Part shown: in pieces, positions 8,611 to 19,581 of the stretch
Numbering within the stretch: the stretch's first letter is position 1
Layout: every line of letters begins with the position of its first letter
Source: Candidatus Coatesbacteria bacterium
GTDB lineage: Bacteria > JAFGND01
Reading direction: 5' to 3'
Length of the DNA stretch: 42,441 nt
Assembly (NCBI GenBank): GCA_016927185.1
Contig: JAFGND010000002.1
Span: 1 to 42,441 of the forward strand
The notes under the pieces: model-generated
The model's input: only the letters and a program-made list of their open reading frames with translations
Told to the model about the DNA's origin: nothing
The model's database searches: none
Program-made: the position numbers and the translations under genes

Positions 8611-9978
8611 ATGCATTCTCCAGAACAGCAACTGTTTTTGTTGATGTACGGGACTAAATTCGCTGATGAAGACGAAGATTTCCTCAAGAACTCAGAGGAT
8701 ATTCCAAAGGGAGGCCTGAGGGAACAGATGAGCAAGGATCTCCTGGCAAGGTTAAAGGAAGGGAAACCATTAAGGGTATATCTGGGAGTTGATCCAACAA
8801 AGATTTCTCTTCATATTGGACATCTACTCCCTGTACTTAAACTGAAGACTTTTCAGGAACTTGGTCATCAAGTTGTTTTCCTTATTGGTGATTATACTGG
8901 CTTGATTGGAGATCCAAGTGGTCAATCCAGGGAACGGCAGCAATTCACTCATGAGGATTTAATGGAAAATGCAAAGGGATATACGGATCAGGCATTCAAG
9001 GTTCTTGATCCCGAAAAGACAGAGATAAGATTCAATGGTGAATGGCTTTCCAGATTGCAATTCAAGGATCTCGTCAAGATAGCCAGCTATTTCCCTTTGA
9101 AACAGATAATAGCAAGACGTGATTTTCAGGAGAGAATGGAAAAGGGAGTCAGTCTGAGATTTCATGAAACACTCTATGCATTGATGCAAGGTTATGATGC
9201 CTATGCACTGGAATGTGATGTACAGGTAGGTGCATATGATCAACATTTCAATATGCTGGCAGGCAGGATAATCCAGGAAAATATGGGTCAGAAACCTCAT
9301 ATTATGCTTACTGTTCCATTGCTGATGGGAACAGATGGAAGGAAAATGAGTAAATCCTTTGGCAATACAATAAATGTGCTGGACTCTCCTTCTGACATGT
9401 ATGCAAAGGTGATGAGAATATCGGATTCTTTCATATCTCATTATCTTGATCTGGCAACTGACTTCAGTATAGAGGAAAAGGAAAACCTCAAGAAGAGAAT
9501 TGAACAGGATCCTATGGGTGTAAAAAAGAGAATTGCCTTCAATGTAACACAACGTTATCACAAGATAGAAGGAGCTGAAGAAGGTGAAAGGAGATTCAGA
9601 GAATCCAGTCAGGAGCGCCAGATTCCTCTTGATATAGAGAATGCAGAACCGCTTGAGATAAATGAAGATTACGACAAGGATCAAAACCTGTATATTCCTG
9701 GCATCTTCCTTAAGGCAGAACTTGTAGAATCAGCTTCTATTGCAAGAACACTTATCAAGCAGAATGGACTCAAAATATATGATATGCAGATGACCAATTT
9801 GACATATGATAACAGGCATATTCTGCTCAAGGAGCTGAGAGAGAATGTTACTGATAAAAGGAAGGAATACAAGGAAATAATTATCCAGGATATAAGAATG
9901 AACCTGAGAGAAGGATTTTATATACTCCAGAAAGGCAAGCATAATTTCAGGATGATTTATTTGAAGTGCAGGAAGTAA
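8611..9978 (+). CDS. tyrS: Tyrosine--tRNA ligase
   Basis: YLGVDPT..LHIGH (HIGH), KMSKS, QGYD, DQHFN; GGAG SD before ATG 8611. Confidence 0.95.
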   Translation: MHSPEQQLFLLMYGTKFADEDEDFLKNSEDIPKGGLREQMSKDLLARLKEGKPLRVYLGVDPTKISLHIGHLLPVLKLKTFQELGHQVVFLIGDYTGLIGDPSGQSRERQQFTHEDLMENAKGYTDQAFKVLDPEKTEIRFNGEWLSRLQFKDLVKIASYFPLKQIIARRDFQERMEKGVSLRFHETLYALMQGYDAYALECDVQVGAYDQHFNMLAGRIIQENMGQKPHIMLTVPLLMGTDGRKMSKSFGNTINVLDSPSDMYAKVMRISDSFISHYLDLATDFSIEEKENLKKRIEQDPMGVKKRIAFNVTQRYHKIEGAEEGERRFRESSQERQIPLDIENAEPLEINEDYDKDQNLYIPGIFLKAELVESASIARTLIKQNGLKIYDMQMTNLTYDNRHILLKELRENVTDKRKEYKEIIIQDIRMNLREGFYILQKGKHNFRMIYLKCRK

Positions 9979-9996
9979 GGAAGTTATCTTTTTGTT

Positions 9997-10647
9997 ATGC
10001 AAAGATTTCTGTTTTGTATAATACTGTTGTTCTTAGTTTCTTGCGGCAAACCATTAACTCCGAAAGAAACAGGCTCAAGATTTCTGAAACTTGCAAAAGA
10101 GGGAAAGAAGGAAGAAGCTCTGGAACTTGTGCTTCCTGAAGACAGAAGAAGGTTAAGGATGGTTGAGGAAGGAATATTGAAACTCCAGAAAGTCTCTCCT
10201 GATTTCGGCAATAAATTGTCAGGGAGACTTGACTACTGGAATTCATATGCTTCCATTGACACTGCATATCTAAAGATGCAACTTATGCTTGAAAACAGGA
10301 TTCTGCTTATGTATGTTGTTCATCATAAAGATGACAATTATTACAGGCAGCTGCAGCTAGTTTTAGTTAACAGGGAAGGGAAATGGTATGTTGATCTGCC
10401 AGTGCCTCCAAATGCTGTTTTCCAGATAAATGACTGGATTGACATGGCTCTGGAAGGAAAGGAACTCCCTGAATTCAATCTTGACTTACCTGATTACGCA
10501 AAAATATATGAAAAAAGGGACAGTATTGCTGAACAGATGAAAAGAAAGGCAGTAGAGGATAGTCTGAAAAGGGAAAAGGAAAAGAAGAGGCTGGAAGAAA
10601 GAAAAAACAAGAGTAAAAAGCCTGACAATACAAAGAAAAAAAAATAA
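9997..10647 (+). CDS. Hypothetical lipoprotein
   Basis: Lipobox LVSC after hydrophobic stretch; NTF2-like ending LVNREGKWYV; Lys-rich tail. Confidence 0.75.
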   Translation: MQRFLFCIILLFLVSCGKPLTPKETGSRFLKLAKEGKKEEALELVLPEDRRRLRMVEEGILKLQKVSPDFGNKLSGRLDYWNSYASIDTAYLKMQLMLENRILLMYVVHHKDDNYYRQLQLVLVNREGKWYVDLPVPPNAVFQINDWIDMALEGKELPEFNLDLPDYAKIYEKRDSIAEQMKRKAVEDSLKREKEKKRLEERKNKSKKPDNTKKKK

Positions 10648-10731
10648 CAGAGAAGATCAGAATTGTGCATATTACTTGACATAATAAGTGTAAATCAGGA
10701 CTAAGCATATTGTTATAGATAAGGGGGAAAT

Positions 10732-11325
10732 ATGAGTCTTCTAGACAGAACGAATTATTTCGTTAAGGAAAGAGTCGGTTTTTTCAAGGCAGCGAATGCT
10801 TATGATTTGATGGATGATAATGGAAACAATATTGGAGTGGTTCAGGAGATTGTTCCAAATTTTCTTATAAAAATGCTGAAATTCACTGATTATAAGCCAA
10901 TGCTTCCATTCACGGTCTGGTTTTCTGAAATGGATGAGAGAAAACTCTTCTTCATAAAAAGAGGTTTCACTATCTTCATGTCGAAAATCACTGTTCATGA
11001 CGAAGATGGAAGGCTTCTTGGTTCATTCAAGCAGAAATTTGCACTTCTGAAATTCAAGTTCGAAGTCTATGATGCATCTTCAAGTCTTGTGGCAAATCTT
11101 CTGGGTGACTGGAAAGGATGGGACTTCAAACTTGTGGATAAATCAGGGAATGAGTTTCTCAAGATTACAAAAAAATGGGCAGGACTTGGCAGGGAATTGT
11201 TCACTTCAGCTGATAATTATATAATCGCATTCAACGAGACAAGAAAATTCACTTTAGACGAGAAAAAGCTTTTTCTCTCGGCAGCAATAACAGTTGATAT
11301 GGTACTGAAGGAAAGCAACAGATAG
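10732..11325 (+). CDS. LURP-one/phospholipid scramblase-like protein
   Basis: GDWKGWDF, ITKKWAGLGRELFTSADNY motifs. Confidence 0.8.
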   Translation: MSLLDRTNYFVKERVGFFKAANAYDLMDDNGNNIGVVQEIVPNFLIKMLKFTDYKPMLPFTVWFSEMDERKLFFIKRGFTIFMSKITVHDEDGRLLGSFKQKFALLKFKFEVYDASSSLVANLLGDWKGWDFKLVDKSGNEFLKITKKWAGLGRELFTSADNYIIAFNETRKFTLDEKKLFLSAAITVDMVLKESNR

Positions 11326-11329
11326 AAAA

Positions 11330-12577
11330 ATGTCCACCCTTGCGCATCAATTGATTCCCAGTCTTTCAAGCATTGATTCTGATAGCAGAATAAAGAAGAG
11401 GAATAACTCAGCGAACGGGATTAGCAAGTTGATAACAACAGTTTCCAAATTAACAATTGGATTTTGCCTGTATGTTTATCACAAGAAGATATCAATCTGG
11501 GTGAAGATAATTACTGTAATAATGACTTTTTCCTCTCTTTCTGCAGGAATAATTTACTGGAACAAGACAGGGGGCTGGGAGCATTATGGAGCTGACATAT
11601 CTGAGTCAGTAAGAACAGTAATTGGTGCTGATAATATGGATGTTGCAGAGAAGTATATTTTCAAATACAAAGACAAATACAACAGGTTAGTTTATCTTCT
11701 TTCAAGTGAGGAGGAAATCCTTGTAAGACAGACTGATGACTTCTCTGGAAAACAATTCAAGACTAAGGGTATAACCAAACCCATCAATTTCAAAAGCATA
11801 CTTATTCCTGAAAAACCTAATGAAGGTCAATGGATTCAAAAACCTGGTGGCTACTGGTACACATTCCTTAGACCTGATGTAAAAAGACCGTATGCGGAAG
11901 TATATTTCTACTGGTTTGGCAGAAAGGACTTCCATTTGAATATAATGTGTGGTACAGGAGAACCTGCAAGAGGTCCTGGAAGAATTTCCTTTGAAAAGAT
12001 GCCTGATCTTGCAGCTGCATTCAGTGGAGGATTCAGATATCAGCATGGGGGATATGGACTTGTACAGGAAGGAAAGGTTTATGCCAATCCAATACTTACA
12101 CCGAGATCCAAGATATTCGGGAATGATATTGGAACAATATATATGAGTGATGATTCAGTATGGGTTGCTCCTCACGTACCTGATCCAGCTCCAAGGTGGC
12201 ATTCAATGAGACAGAATTTAACCTTGCTTGTAAGGGATGGGAAACCTGAACTTGCCAATTTGAAGTGGGGATGGACAGTAGCGGGAAGTGTTTACACAAG
12301 AAGAAGTGCTGTTGGAGTGGATCAAAGTGGTAATATAATATATGCCCTTGGAGATAATTTATCAGGTCAAACCCTTGCCATTGCACTTGCGACAGGAGGA
12401 GTATGGAACGCAATACATCTTGATATGAATCCTGGAAATGTTCACTTTGGTGCTTTTGCATGGGACAAGGAAGAGAAGAAACCAGTTGTTATTGATAAAT
12501 TCAATTATTATCCTGGTTGCTATTTGAATACAAGCGGCAGGGATTTTTTCTATGTCACAAGAAAAAAAAGTAAGTAA
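11330..12577 (+). CDS. Membrane-anchored phosphodiester glycosidase (NAGPA-like) family protein
   Basis: AAAFSGGF, RQNLTLLVRDG, RRSAVGVD, AIHLDMN motifs; N-terminal TM. Confidence 0.65.
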   Translation: MSTLAHQLIPSLSSIDSDSRIKKRNNSANGISKLITTVSKLTIGFCLYVYHKKISIWVKIITVIMTFSSLSAGIIYWNKTGGWEHYGADISESVRTVIGADNMDVAEKYIFKYKDKYNRLVYLLSSEEEILVRQTDDFSGKQFKTKGITKPINFKSILIPEKPNEGQWIQKPGGYWYTFLRPDVKRPYAEVYFYWFGRKDFHLNIMCGTGEPARGPGRISFEKMPDLAAAFSGGFRYQHGGYGLVQEGKVYANPILTPRSKIFGNDIGTIYMSDDSVWVAPHVPDPAPRWHSMRQNLTLLVRDGKPELANLKWGWTVAGSVYTRRSAVGVDQSGNIIYALGDNLSGQTLAIALATGGVWNAIHLDMNPGNVHFGAFAWDKEEKKPVVIDKFNYYPGCYLNTSGRDFFYVTRKKSK

Positions 12578-12591
12578 TTTGTTGTAACTTC

Positions 12592-13662
12592 ATGCAAGAA
12601 AACTGGAAAAAAATGAAAATAGATGAATTGAAAAAAACTGCTCTGGATGAATTAAAAGAAGTATTAGATGGAGATTCTCTTAATTCATGGTATATAAAAT
12701 ATCTGGGGAAGAAAGGAGAGATTTCAAGCATACTCAAATCTCTTGGCAGTCTTTCACCTGAAGAAAGGTCCAGAACGGGACAGATTGCGAATGAAACAAA
12801 GAATCTCCTGAATTCCGAATTTGCGAGGAAAAAAACAGAGATACAGCAGATTGAAATCCAGTCAAAGTTGAAGATGGATTTCGATTTGACTATGCTTTCT
12901 TCTGATACACCATTTAATATAATGTCTGGTACTATTCATCCGGTTACATCTATAAAGTGGGAGATAGAGGAAATATTCATAAGGATGGGATTCACAATAG
13001 AGGAAGGTCCTGAAGTTGAAAGCGAATACTATAATTTTGATGCGCTGAATACACCTTCATGGCATCCTGCAAGAGATATGCAGGATACATTCTGGCTTAC
13101 AGACGGAAGAGTATTGAGAACCCAGACAAGTGCGGTACAGGTGAGAACCATGGAAAAATTCGTTGAGGAGAGACGGGATTTCCCTCTCATGTCTATTGTT
13201 CCTGGAAGGTGCTTCAGATATGAAACAATAGATCCTTCACATGAAAATACATTCTACCAGATAGAGGGCTTGATGGTTGGTGAAAAAATATCAATTGCCA
13301 ATTTAATCTGCACCATGAAGATTCTATTAAAGGAAGTGTTCAAAAGAGATGTGAAGACAAGGTTGAGACCGGGATATTTCCCATTCGTGGAACCTGGATT
13401 TGAACTAGATATCAATTGCGAGATATGTAACGGACAAGGATGTCCAACATGCAAACAATCAGGCTGGCTTGAACTTCTTCCCTGTGGTATGGTACATCCA
13501 AATGTGCTTAAGAGTGGCAGGATTGACAATACAAGATATACGGGATTTGCATTTGGACTGGGTCTTACAAGACTTGCAATGATGAAATACGGAATAGATG
13601 ATATAAGATATTTGAATTCAGGTGATCTGAGAGTCCTCAAGCAATTCAGGAAGGTAGTTTAA
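12592..13662 (+). CDS. pheS: Phenylalanine--tRNA ligase alpha subunit
   Basis: HPARDMQDTF, LRTQTS, FYQIEG, YFPFVEP, GFAFGLG. Start may be 12613. Confidence 0.97.
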   Translation: MQENWKKMKIDELKKTALDELKEVLDGDSLNSWYIKYLGKKGEISSILKSLGSLSPEERSRTGQIANETKNLLNSEFARKKTEIQQIEIQSKLKMDFDLTMLSSDTPFNIMSGTIHPVTSIKWEIEEIFIRMGFTIEEGPEVESEYYNFDALNTPSWHPARDMQDTFWLTDGRVLRTQTSAVQVRTMEKFVEERRDFPLMSIVPGRCFRYETIDPSHENTFYQIEGLMVGEKISIANLICTMKILLKEVFKRDVKTRLRPGYFPFVEPGFELDINCEICNGQGCPTCKQSGWLELLPCGMVHPNVLKSGRIDNTRYTGFAFGLGLTRLAMMKYGIDDIRYLNSGDLRVLKQFRKVV

Positions 13663-16055
13663 TGAAGCTGTCCCTGAACTGGTTGAAAGAGTTTGTCTGT
13701 CTTGATGATATTGCTCCTTCTGAAATAGCATTGAAGTTAACATTGAGTACCGCAGAGATAGAAGGCTACGAGATAAAAGGTGAAAATGTCAGGAATGTAG
13801 TATTAGGTGAAATTATTAATATAAAAAAGCATGAGGATACAGGGAAGTCCATTGTCATCGTTGATACAGGTAAGGGAGGACATTTGCAGACATATTGCGG
13901 GGCTCCAGACCTGCAGCTGGGACAGAGAGTTGCTTGTGCCTTATCTGGAGGATCTTTATGCGGTATTGGAGAAATAAAAGAGGAAACTGTGCATGGAATA
14001 TTGAGTAGCTGTGTGCTTGCTTCTGAGAAGGAACTTGGAATATCTGATGATGACAGTCGACTTTATTATTATAATGAACAAGCAGAACTGGGGACATCAA
14101 TCAAGGATCTTATACAGATAGACGATGTTATTTTAGAGGTAGATAACAAGGCAATAACTCACAGACCTGATTTATGGGGTCATTATGGATTTGCCAGAGA
14201 GCTGGCTGCCATATTCAAAAGAGAACTCGGTCAATTGCAGATAATAGAAGCAGAGAAAATTCAAACGGATAAACCTGAGCTTTCAATTGAAATACTGAAA
14301 CCTGATTTATGCTACAGATATACAGGTTTGGCTATAGGCAATGTTCCAGTTGTTAAATCCCCGGACAACATAAGAATAAGATTGTATTATCTTGGAATGA
14401 GGGCAATAAATTTAATAGTGGATTTATCCAATTACATACTTCTGGAAACCGGTCAGCCAACTCATTGTTTTGATTACAGGCTTGTAAAAGCTATCTGCGT
14501 GGACAGTATTGATTCTGAGGATAAATTCAATACACTCGATGGTGTCGAGAGGATTTTACCTGAAAACTCTCTTCTAATAAAAGGTCCAGATAAGGCAGTT
14601 GCTCTTGCAGGAATAATGGGTGGTGAAGAATCCGAAATAAAGGAAGATACTACAACCTTGCTTCTTGAATCAGCTAATTTCAATGCAGCTCATATAAGAA
14701 AGACATCTATGAAAACAGGTTTGAGAACTGAATCATCTATGAGATTCGAGAAATCCATTGATCCAGAGCTTACCATCATTGCTGTAATGAGATTTCTAGA
14801 ACTGCTTAGTTCATCGAATATTGAATGGAAACTACTGTCAAGATTAACAGACAGGAATTACAGCAAATATGAGAAAATCACTCTTGATATTTCTTATGAA
14901 TGGATAAGGGAATTCACTGGGCATGACATTGCTATTGATGAAATCAAGGATATTTTAAGCAGATTGCACTTCAAGGTTATTGAGATCAAGAAGGACAATG
15001 ATATAATCCTGACAGTTGAAATTCCGTCATTCAGGGCAACAAGAGATATATCGATAAAGGAGGATATAGCTGAGGAGATTTCAAGAATTTACGGATTTGA
15101 TAATATAAAACCTGTTCATGCTTTTACGCCAATAAATGCAAGAAAAACAAAGAAGGATTATGTAAAGAATATATTAAAGCACTTCATATTAGAGGGAGGT
15201 TTCACTGAGATCCAGTGTTATCCCTGGTTTGAGAGGAAATGGATTGAGACGATTGGATATAAATCCTTAAATCTGCTAACATTAAGAAATCCTGCGCTGG
15301 AAGGTCAGGAAAATCTCAAAGATACTCTGATCCCCAATCTTCTTATGATATTACTTGAAAATACGAGATTTGAAGAAAATATGAGGATTGTGGAGATATC
15401 AAAGACTTTTTCAGGAAAGAAAGAATATACCTGTCTTGCAGGCATATCACTTGTTGATGAGATAAACAGAGAGAAGGAATTTCATCACGTAAAATCCTTG
15501 ATTAGAAAGATTCCACGTTTATTGAACAAGGAAGAATGGTTTTTCAGATTGTATGAAGAAATTGATCTTAGTTGGGTAAATCCTCATGCATGTCTGAGTA
15601 TTGAAGTACCAGAAAAAGCTGGTTATTTTGCAGCACTTCATCCTGATATAATGAAGAAGGAACATCCTTTCAAGGGTATAAAATTTCCTGTAAGAAAATC
15701 AGTATGGCTTTTTGAGCTGAATCTTGATATTGTTGCTGATGGAAAGGATAATGAAGTTCTTTTCAGGGAACCTCTCAGGTATCAATCCACCAGGCTTGAT
15801 TTCTCTATTCTTGCAGAGAAAAAAGAGACATTCGATGAAATATGGAAAAAGATATCTTCTTTCACTCATGAAAATCTGCTGGATATAAGATACAGATATA
15901 AGTACGAAGGGTCGGGGTTGCCTGAGAAAATGAAAAGTCTTACATTCTGTTTTGAGATAAATGGACTGAATCATACATTGTCAGGAGAAGAGATAGAAGA
16001 AATACACAACAGGATTTCAGAACATATAACAAAGAAGGGATTTTCCCTGAGATAA
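13662..16055 (+). CDS. pheT: Phenylalanine--tRNA ligase beta subunit
   Basis: MKLSLNWLKEFV, HRPDLWGHYGFARE, ALAGIMGG, DIAEEISRIYGFD; TAATG coupling to pheS. Confidence 0.96.
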   Translation: MKLSLNWLKEFVCLDDIAPSEIALKLTLSTAEIEGYEIKGENVRNVVLGEIINIKKHEDTGKSIVIVDTGKGGHLQTYCGAPDLQLGQRVACALSGGSLCGIGEIKEETVHGILSSCVLASEKELGISDDDSRLYYYNEQAELGTSIKDLIQIDDVILEVDNKAITHRPDLWGHYGFARELAAIFKRELGQLQIIEAEKIQTDKPELSIEILKPDLCYRYTGLAIGNVPVVKSPDNIRIRLYYLGMRAINLIVDLSNYILLETGQPTHCFDYRLVKAICVDSIDSEDKFNTLDGVERILPENSLLIKGPDKAVALAGIMGGEESEIKEDTTTLLLESANFNAAHIRKTSMKTGLRTESSMRFEKSIDPELTIIAVMRFLELLSSSNIEWKLLSRLTDRNYSKYEKITLDISYEWIREFTGHDIAIDEIKDILSRLHFKVIEIKKDNDIILTVEIPSFRATRDISIKEDIAEEISRIYGFDNIKPVHAFTPINARKTKKDYVKNILKHFILEGGFTEIQCYPWFERKWIETIGYKSLNLLTLRNPALEGQENLKDTLIPNLLMILLENTRFEENMRIVEISKTFSGKKEYTCLAGISLVDEINREKEFHHVKSLIRKIPRLLNKEEWFFRLYEEIDLSWVNPHACLSIEVPEKAGYFAALHPDIMKKEHPFKGIKFPVRKSVWLFELNLDIVADGKDNEVLFREPLRYQSTRLDFSILAEKKETFDEIWKKISSFTHENLLDIRYRYKYEGSGLPEKMKSLTFCFEINGLNHTLSGEEIEEIHNRISEHITKKGFSLR

Positions 16056-16076
16056 TTCTTAATAATGAAGTTATAG

Positions 16077-16829
16077 ATGTCTAAAAAGGAAACTGAACAG
16101 AATCTTGATTATGAGATGCCTTTTGAAGAGCATCTTGAGGAGTTGCGTCACAGGCTTTTTAAATGCCTGATTGCAGTCCTTGTTTTCATGATAATTTCCT
16201 ATGTATTCATAAACAGAATAGTAATCTTCCTTAGAAAACCTCTAGGTGACTACAAATTGATTTTTCTATCTCCTAATGAAGCATTCATGGCTTATATAAA
16301 ACTTGCCTTGTATTGCGGATTGATATTCGCTGTTCCAGTAATAATATATCAATTATGGAGATTCATATCAATTGCCCTGTTTCCCAGGGAAAGACACGCA
16401 TTGATTTCTTATGTTCCGGTATCAATGCTGTTGTTCCTGACAGGAGCTGCATTTGCATATTATGTCGCCCTGCCTATAGGATTGAAGTTTCTTCTCACTT
16501 TCCCTCCTGAAGACGCGAACATAGAACCGATGCTTTCATTATCCAAGTACTTCGGTTTTGTGGGCATGTTCATACTTGGTTTCGGCTTGTTGTTCCAGTT
16601 ACCAATGATCATAATAATCCTGACGAGGCTCGGAATAATTGCACCAAAGACCTTATCAGGAAAGAGAAGGCATATAATACTTGCCATATTCATTATTGCA
16701 GCAATTTTCTCCCCGCCTGATGTAATCACTCAATCTTTGCTTGCCATTCCACTTGTTTTTCTTTTCGAGATTTCAATATGGTTATCTTATTTATTTGCAA
16801 GAAGGAGAAAGAAGGAATTAGAGGAATGA
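16077..16829 (+). CDS. tatC: Twin-arginine translocase subunit TatC
   Basis: HLEELRHRL, YQLWRFI, FQLP, PPDVITQ, FEISI; multiple TMs. Confidence 0.95.
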   Translation: MSKKETEQNLDYEMPFEEHLEELRHRLFKCLIAVLVFMIISYVFINRIVIFLRKPLGDYKLIFLSPNEAFMAYIKLALYCGLIFAVPVIIYQLWRFISIALFPRERHALISYVPVSMLLFLTGAAFAYYVALPIGLKFLLTFPPEDANIEPMLSLSKYFGFVGMFILGFGLLFQLPMIIIILTRLGIIAPKTLSGKRRHIILAIFIIAAIFSPPDVITQSLLAIPLVFLFEISIWLSYLFARRRKKELEE

Positions 16830-16830
16830 C

Positions 16831-17874
16831 ATGCAGGAAATAAGGGAGATATTTATTTCAGAAGAGTCTTTTTCCTCAAGGATTTCCAATTCACTGAGAA
16901 GAAGAACTGACTCATGGAAGGTTATTACAGAGGATGAGGCAGAAAAACTGAAGGCAGGATATGGGAGAATACTAATAAAAAGCAGGAAAGGTGATTTCGT
17001 TAAGCGATGTCCCTGTACTCAGTCCCCTTATATTTCTTGCTGTTACTATAATATAAATCTTGTAGAAGGATGCCACCAAGATTGCAGATATTGCATATTA
17101 CCAGATTATCTTTCAGACAAACCACTTACTATATATTCCAACATGGATTTGCTGCTCGAAGAATTGAACGATTTTCATGCTTCACTTAATGCACCAATCA
17201 GGATAGGAACGGGTGAGCTTGGAGACAGTTTGCTTTATGAAAAGACTATTGGTCACAATGATTTATTGATACCGTTGTTGAATGATTTTTCGAATTTCAT
17301 ACTGGAGTTGAAGACAAAGACTCTTGAAACCCTTTCATTAAAGAAATACTGGAAAAACAATAATATTGTATGGGCATGGTCAGTAAATACTGAATATGTT
17401 TCAGGAAAGCTGGAGGGAAAATGTGCCAGTACAAAAGACAGGATAGCTCTTGCGAAAGAAATATCAGAAAACGGGGGAAAAGTGGCATTCCACTTTGATC
17501 CTGTATGTCCATATAAAGATGCATTGAGAGATTACAGGGATTTAGTGGATTTAATTTTTTCACAGATTAAAAGAGAAAGAATTTCATGGATAAGCCTTGG
17601 AGTCCTGAGGTTTCCAGGAAGCCAGAAAGTTTTTTCTGATTCTCTTATTGAATTCATATCAAATGAGTATATTAATGGAGAGGATGGAAAGCTGAGATTG
17701 CTTAAAACATTGAGAAAGAGATTTTTGAAGAGTATCTCGGAAAGAATCTATGAATTTGATGAAAATGCAATGCTATACTTATGCATGGAACCTTACGATG
17801 TATGGGAGCATGTTCTAGCAGGGAAACCAGAAGATATAAAGAATGCCATTTTTCATGGAGGCAGGATAGCTTAA
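16831..17874 (+). CDS. Spore photoproduct lyase-family radical SAM protein
   Basis: GCHQDCRYC CxxxCxxC, RIGTGELGDSL, ELKTK, FHFDP, YLCME. Confidence 0.82.
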   Translation: MQEIREIFISEESFSSRISNSLRRRTDSWKVITEDEAEKLKAGYGRILIKSRKGDFVKRCPCTQSPYISCCYYNINLVEGCHQDCRYCILPDYLSDKPLTIYSNMDLLLEELNDFHASLNAPIRIGTGELGDSLLYEKTIGHNDLLIPLLNDFSNFILELKTKTLETLSLKKYWKNNNIVWAWSVNTEYVSGKLEGKCASTKDRIALAKEISENGGKVAFHFDPVCPYKDALRDYRDLVDLIFSQIKRERISWISLGVLRFPGSQKVFSDSLIEFISNEYINGEDGKLRLLKTLRKRFLKSISERIYEFDENAMLYLCMEPYDVWEHVLAGKPEDIKNAIFHGGRIA

Positions 17875-19580
17875 TGAAAAAAGCTGAATTCAGGAAGATA
17901 ATTGCATGGCTGGTTCACAGCCTGGCATTCCTGGTCGCATTGAAAGTACTCATAATCCTGGGATACAAGATAGTTCTGAAAGAGGAACTCCAGCATTACA
18001 TAGATTTTTCTGAATATGCCTTGCTTATAAGTTTCTGGGTTTATGTTATAATAAGCTATATTCAGGGTTCATACAAGTTTTTTGCTTATCATGAAAAACT
18101 GAGAAACCTTTACCTGATAGCTGTGCTTGCCTTATGCTTGTTTTCACCTCTATATGCAAAATGGCTGGTTTTTATTTTCCTTTTGACAGAGCTAATGGAT
18201 TCATTATCAAACAAGCCGTTGATTAGAAATTACATGCATTATTTCCTCTCAAAACCCTCAATCTTGATACCACTTACATTCATAGTTACAATACTTGCTG
18301 GAGCTTTTTTCCTGACTCTACCTATCGCAACGGTTGATGGAAGAGGAGCTTCTTTTGTAGATGCATTCTTCACATCATGCTCTGCAACATGCGTAACAGG
18401 ATTGATTGTGCAGGATACTGAAATCTACTGGACAAAGTTTGGTCAGATAGTGATATTGCTTTTAATCCAGATAGGGGCATTGGGAATAATGACACTATCA
18501 GCAAGTGTAGCATATATGGTTGGACTTGGATTGGGATTGAGAAGTCAGGTAGCCATGAAAGATCTGCTTGATACTGATGAGCTATCCAATTTGAAATCCA
18601 CCTTGCTGTTCATTGTTAAAATGACATTTTCTGTAGAGGCAGCTGGAGCAGTTATTTTGTCTGCGAGATTCTATACTTATACAAGGGACATAGGATTCAG
18701 TATTTATTCAGGCATTTTTCACAGTATTTCAGCTTTTGGCAATGCAGGGTTTTCACTGTTTTCAAAAAATCTGGAAAACTTTAAATTCGATCCCATAATC
18801 CTTCTTACAATAGCAGGATTGATAATAACTGGAGGAATTGGATTTCTGGCTGTAATGTCAATAATGAGTATAGGTATTTTCAGGCATGGAATAAGAGAAT
18901 CATGGAATAAGCTTAACACTCATACTAAAATAACTTTACTTACTACATTATGTCTCATTTTTGGAGGAATGGCATTCATTTATTTCTTTGAAGTGGACAG
19001 GTCATTGAAGGATTATTCAGTTCCAACGCAGCTTCTTTCAGCATTTTTCCAGAGTGTTACAACAAGAACAGCAGGTTTCAATTCAATTCCATTCGATAAT
19101 TTAAATAGAATAACAGTATTAATTATCATAATACTTATGTTCATCGGGGCGGCACCTGGTTCAACTGGTGGAGGAATAAAAGTAACCACTTTTGCAGTAT
19201 TGCTTTTAACTGTAAGGAGAATAATGACAGGGAAAAATGATGTTGAGGCTTTCAACAGAAGTATTTCTGAGAATGTTGTTGTTAGAAGCATAGCCATTCT
19301 GACAACACAATCAACTGCTCTTATAGTCATCTTTCTTCTTCTACTCTATATTCAACCCAATTTCAAGGAAATAGACTTATTATTCGAGTCAGTATCAGCA
19401 TTGGGGACTGTTGGATTGTCTCTGGGAATAACATCCTCTCTTTCATCTTTTGGAAAATGCTTGATGATTATTCTCATGTTTCTTGGTAGGATAGGACCTT
19501 TAACAATAGTTCTTGCGATTGGTAAAAAGCATCGTGAATATGGCATAAGATACCCGCAAGGAAGGATAATGGTAGGTTAA
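17874..19580 (+). CDS. ktrB: Trk/Ktr potassium uptake membrane subunit with N-terminal TM extension
   Basis: SATCVTGL, SAFGNAGFS, TRTAGF, GSTGGGIK, SALGTVGLS; start overlaps the upstream stop (TAATG). Confidence 0.92.
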   Translation: MKKAEFRKIIAWLVHSLAFLVALKVLIILGYKIVLKEELQHYIDFSEYALLISFWVYVIISYIQGSYKFFAYHEKLRNLYLIAVLALCLFSPLYAKWLVFIFLLTELMDSLSNKPLIRNYMHYFLSKPSILIPLTFIVTILAGAFFLTLPIATVDGRGASFVDAFFTSCSATCVTGLIVQDTEIYWTKFGQIVILLLIQIGALGIMTLSASVAYMVGLGLGLRSQVAMKDLLDTDELSNLKSTLLFIVKMTFSVEAAGAVILSARFYTYTRDIGFSIYSGIFHSISAFGNAGFSLFSKNLENFKFDPIILLTIAGLIITGGIGFLAVMSIMSIGIFRHGIRESWNKLNTHTKITLLTTLCLIFGGMAFIYFFEVDRSLKDYSVPTQLLSAFFQSVTTRTAGFNSIPFDNLNRITVLIIIILMFIGAAPGSTGGGIKVTTFAVLLLTVRRIMTGKNDVEAFNRSISENVVVRSIAILTTQSTALIVIFLLLLYIQPNFKEIDLLFESVSALGTVGLSLGITSSLSSFGKCLMIILMFLGRIGPLTIVLAIGKKHREYGIRYPQGRIMVG

Positions 19581-19581
19581 T

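Noticed and set aside
8959-9684. 241-aa antisense ORF, and other short shadow ORFs
   Set aside because: Lie within well-supported genes, with no recognisable motifs.
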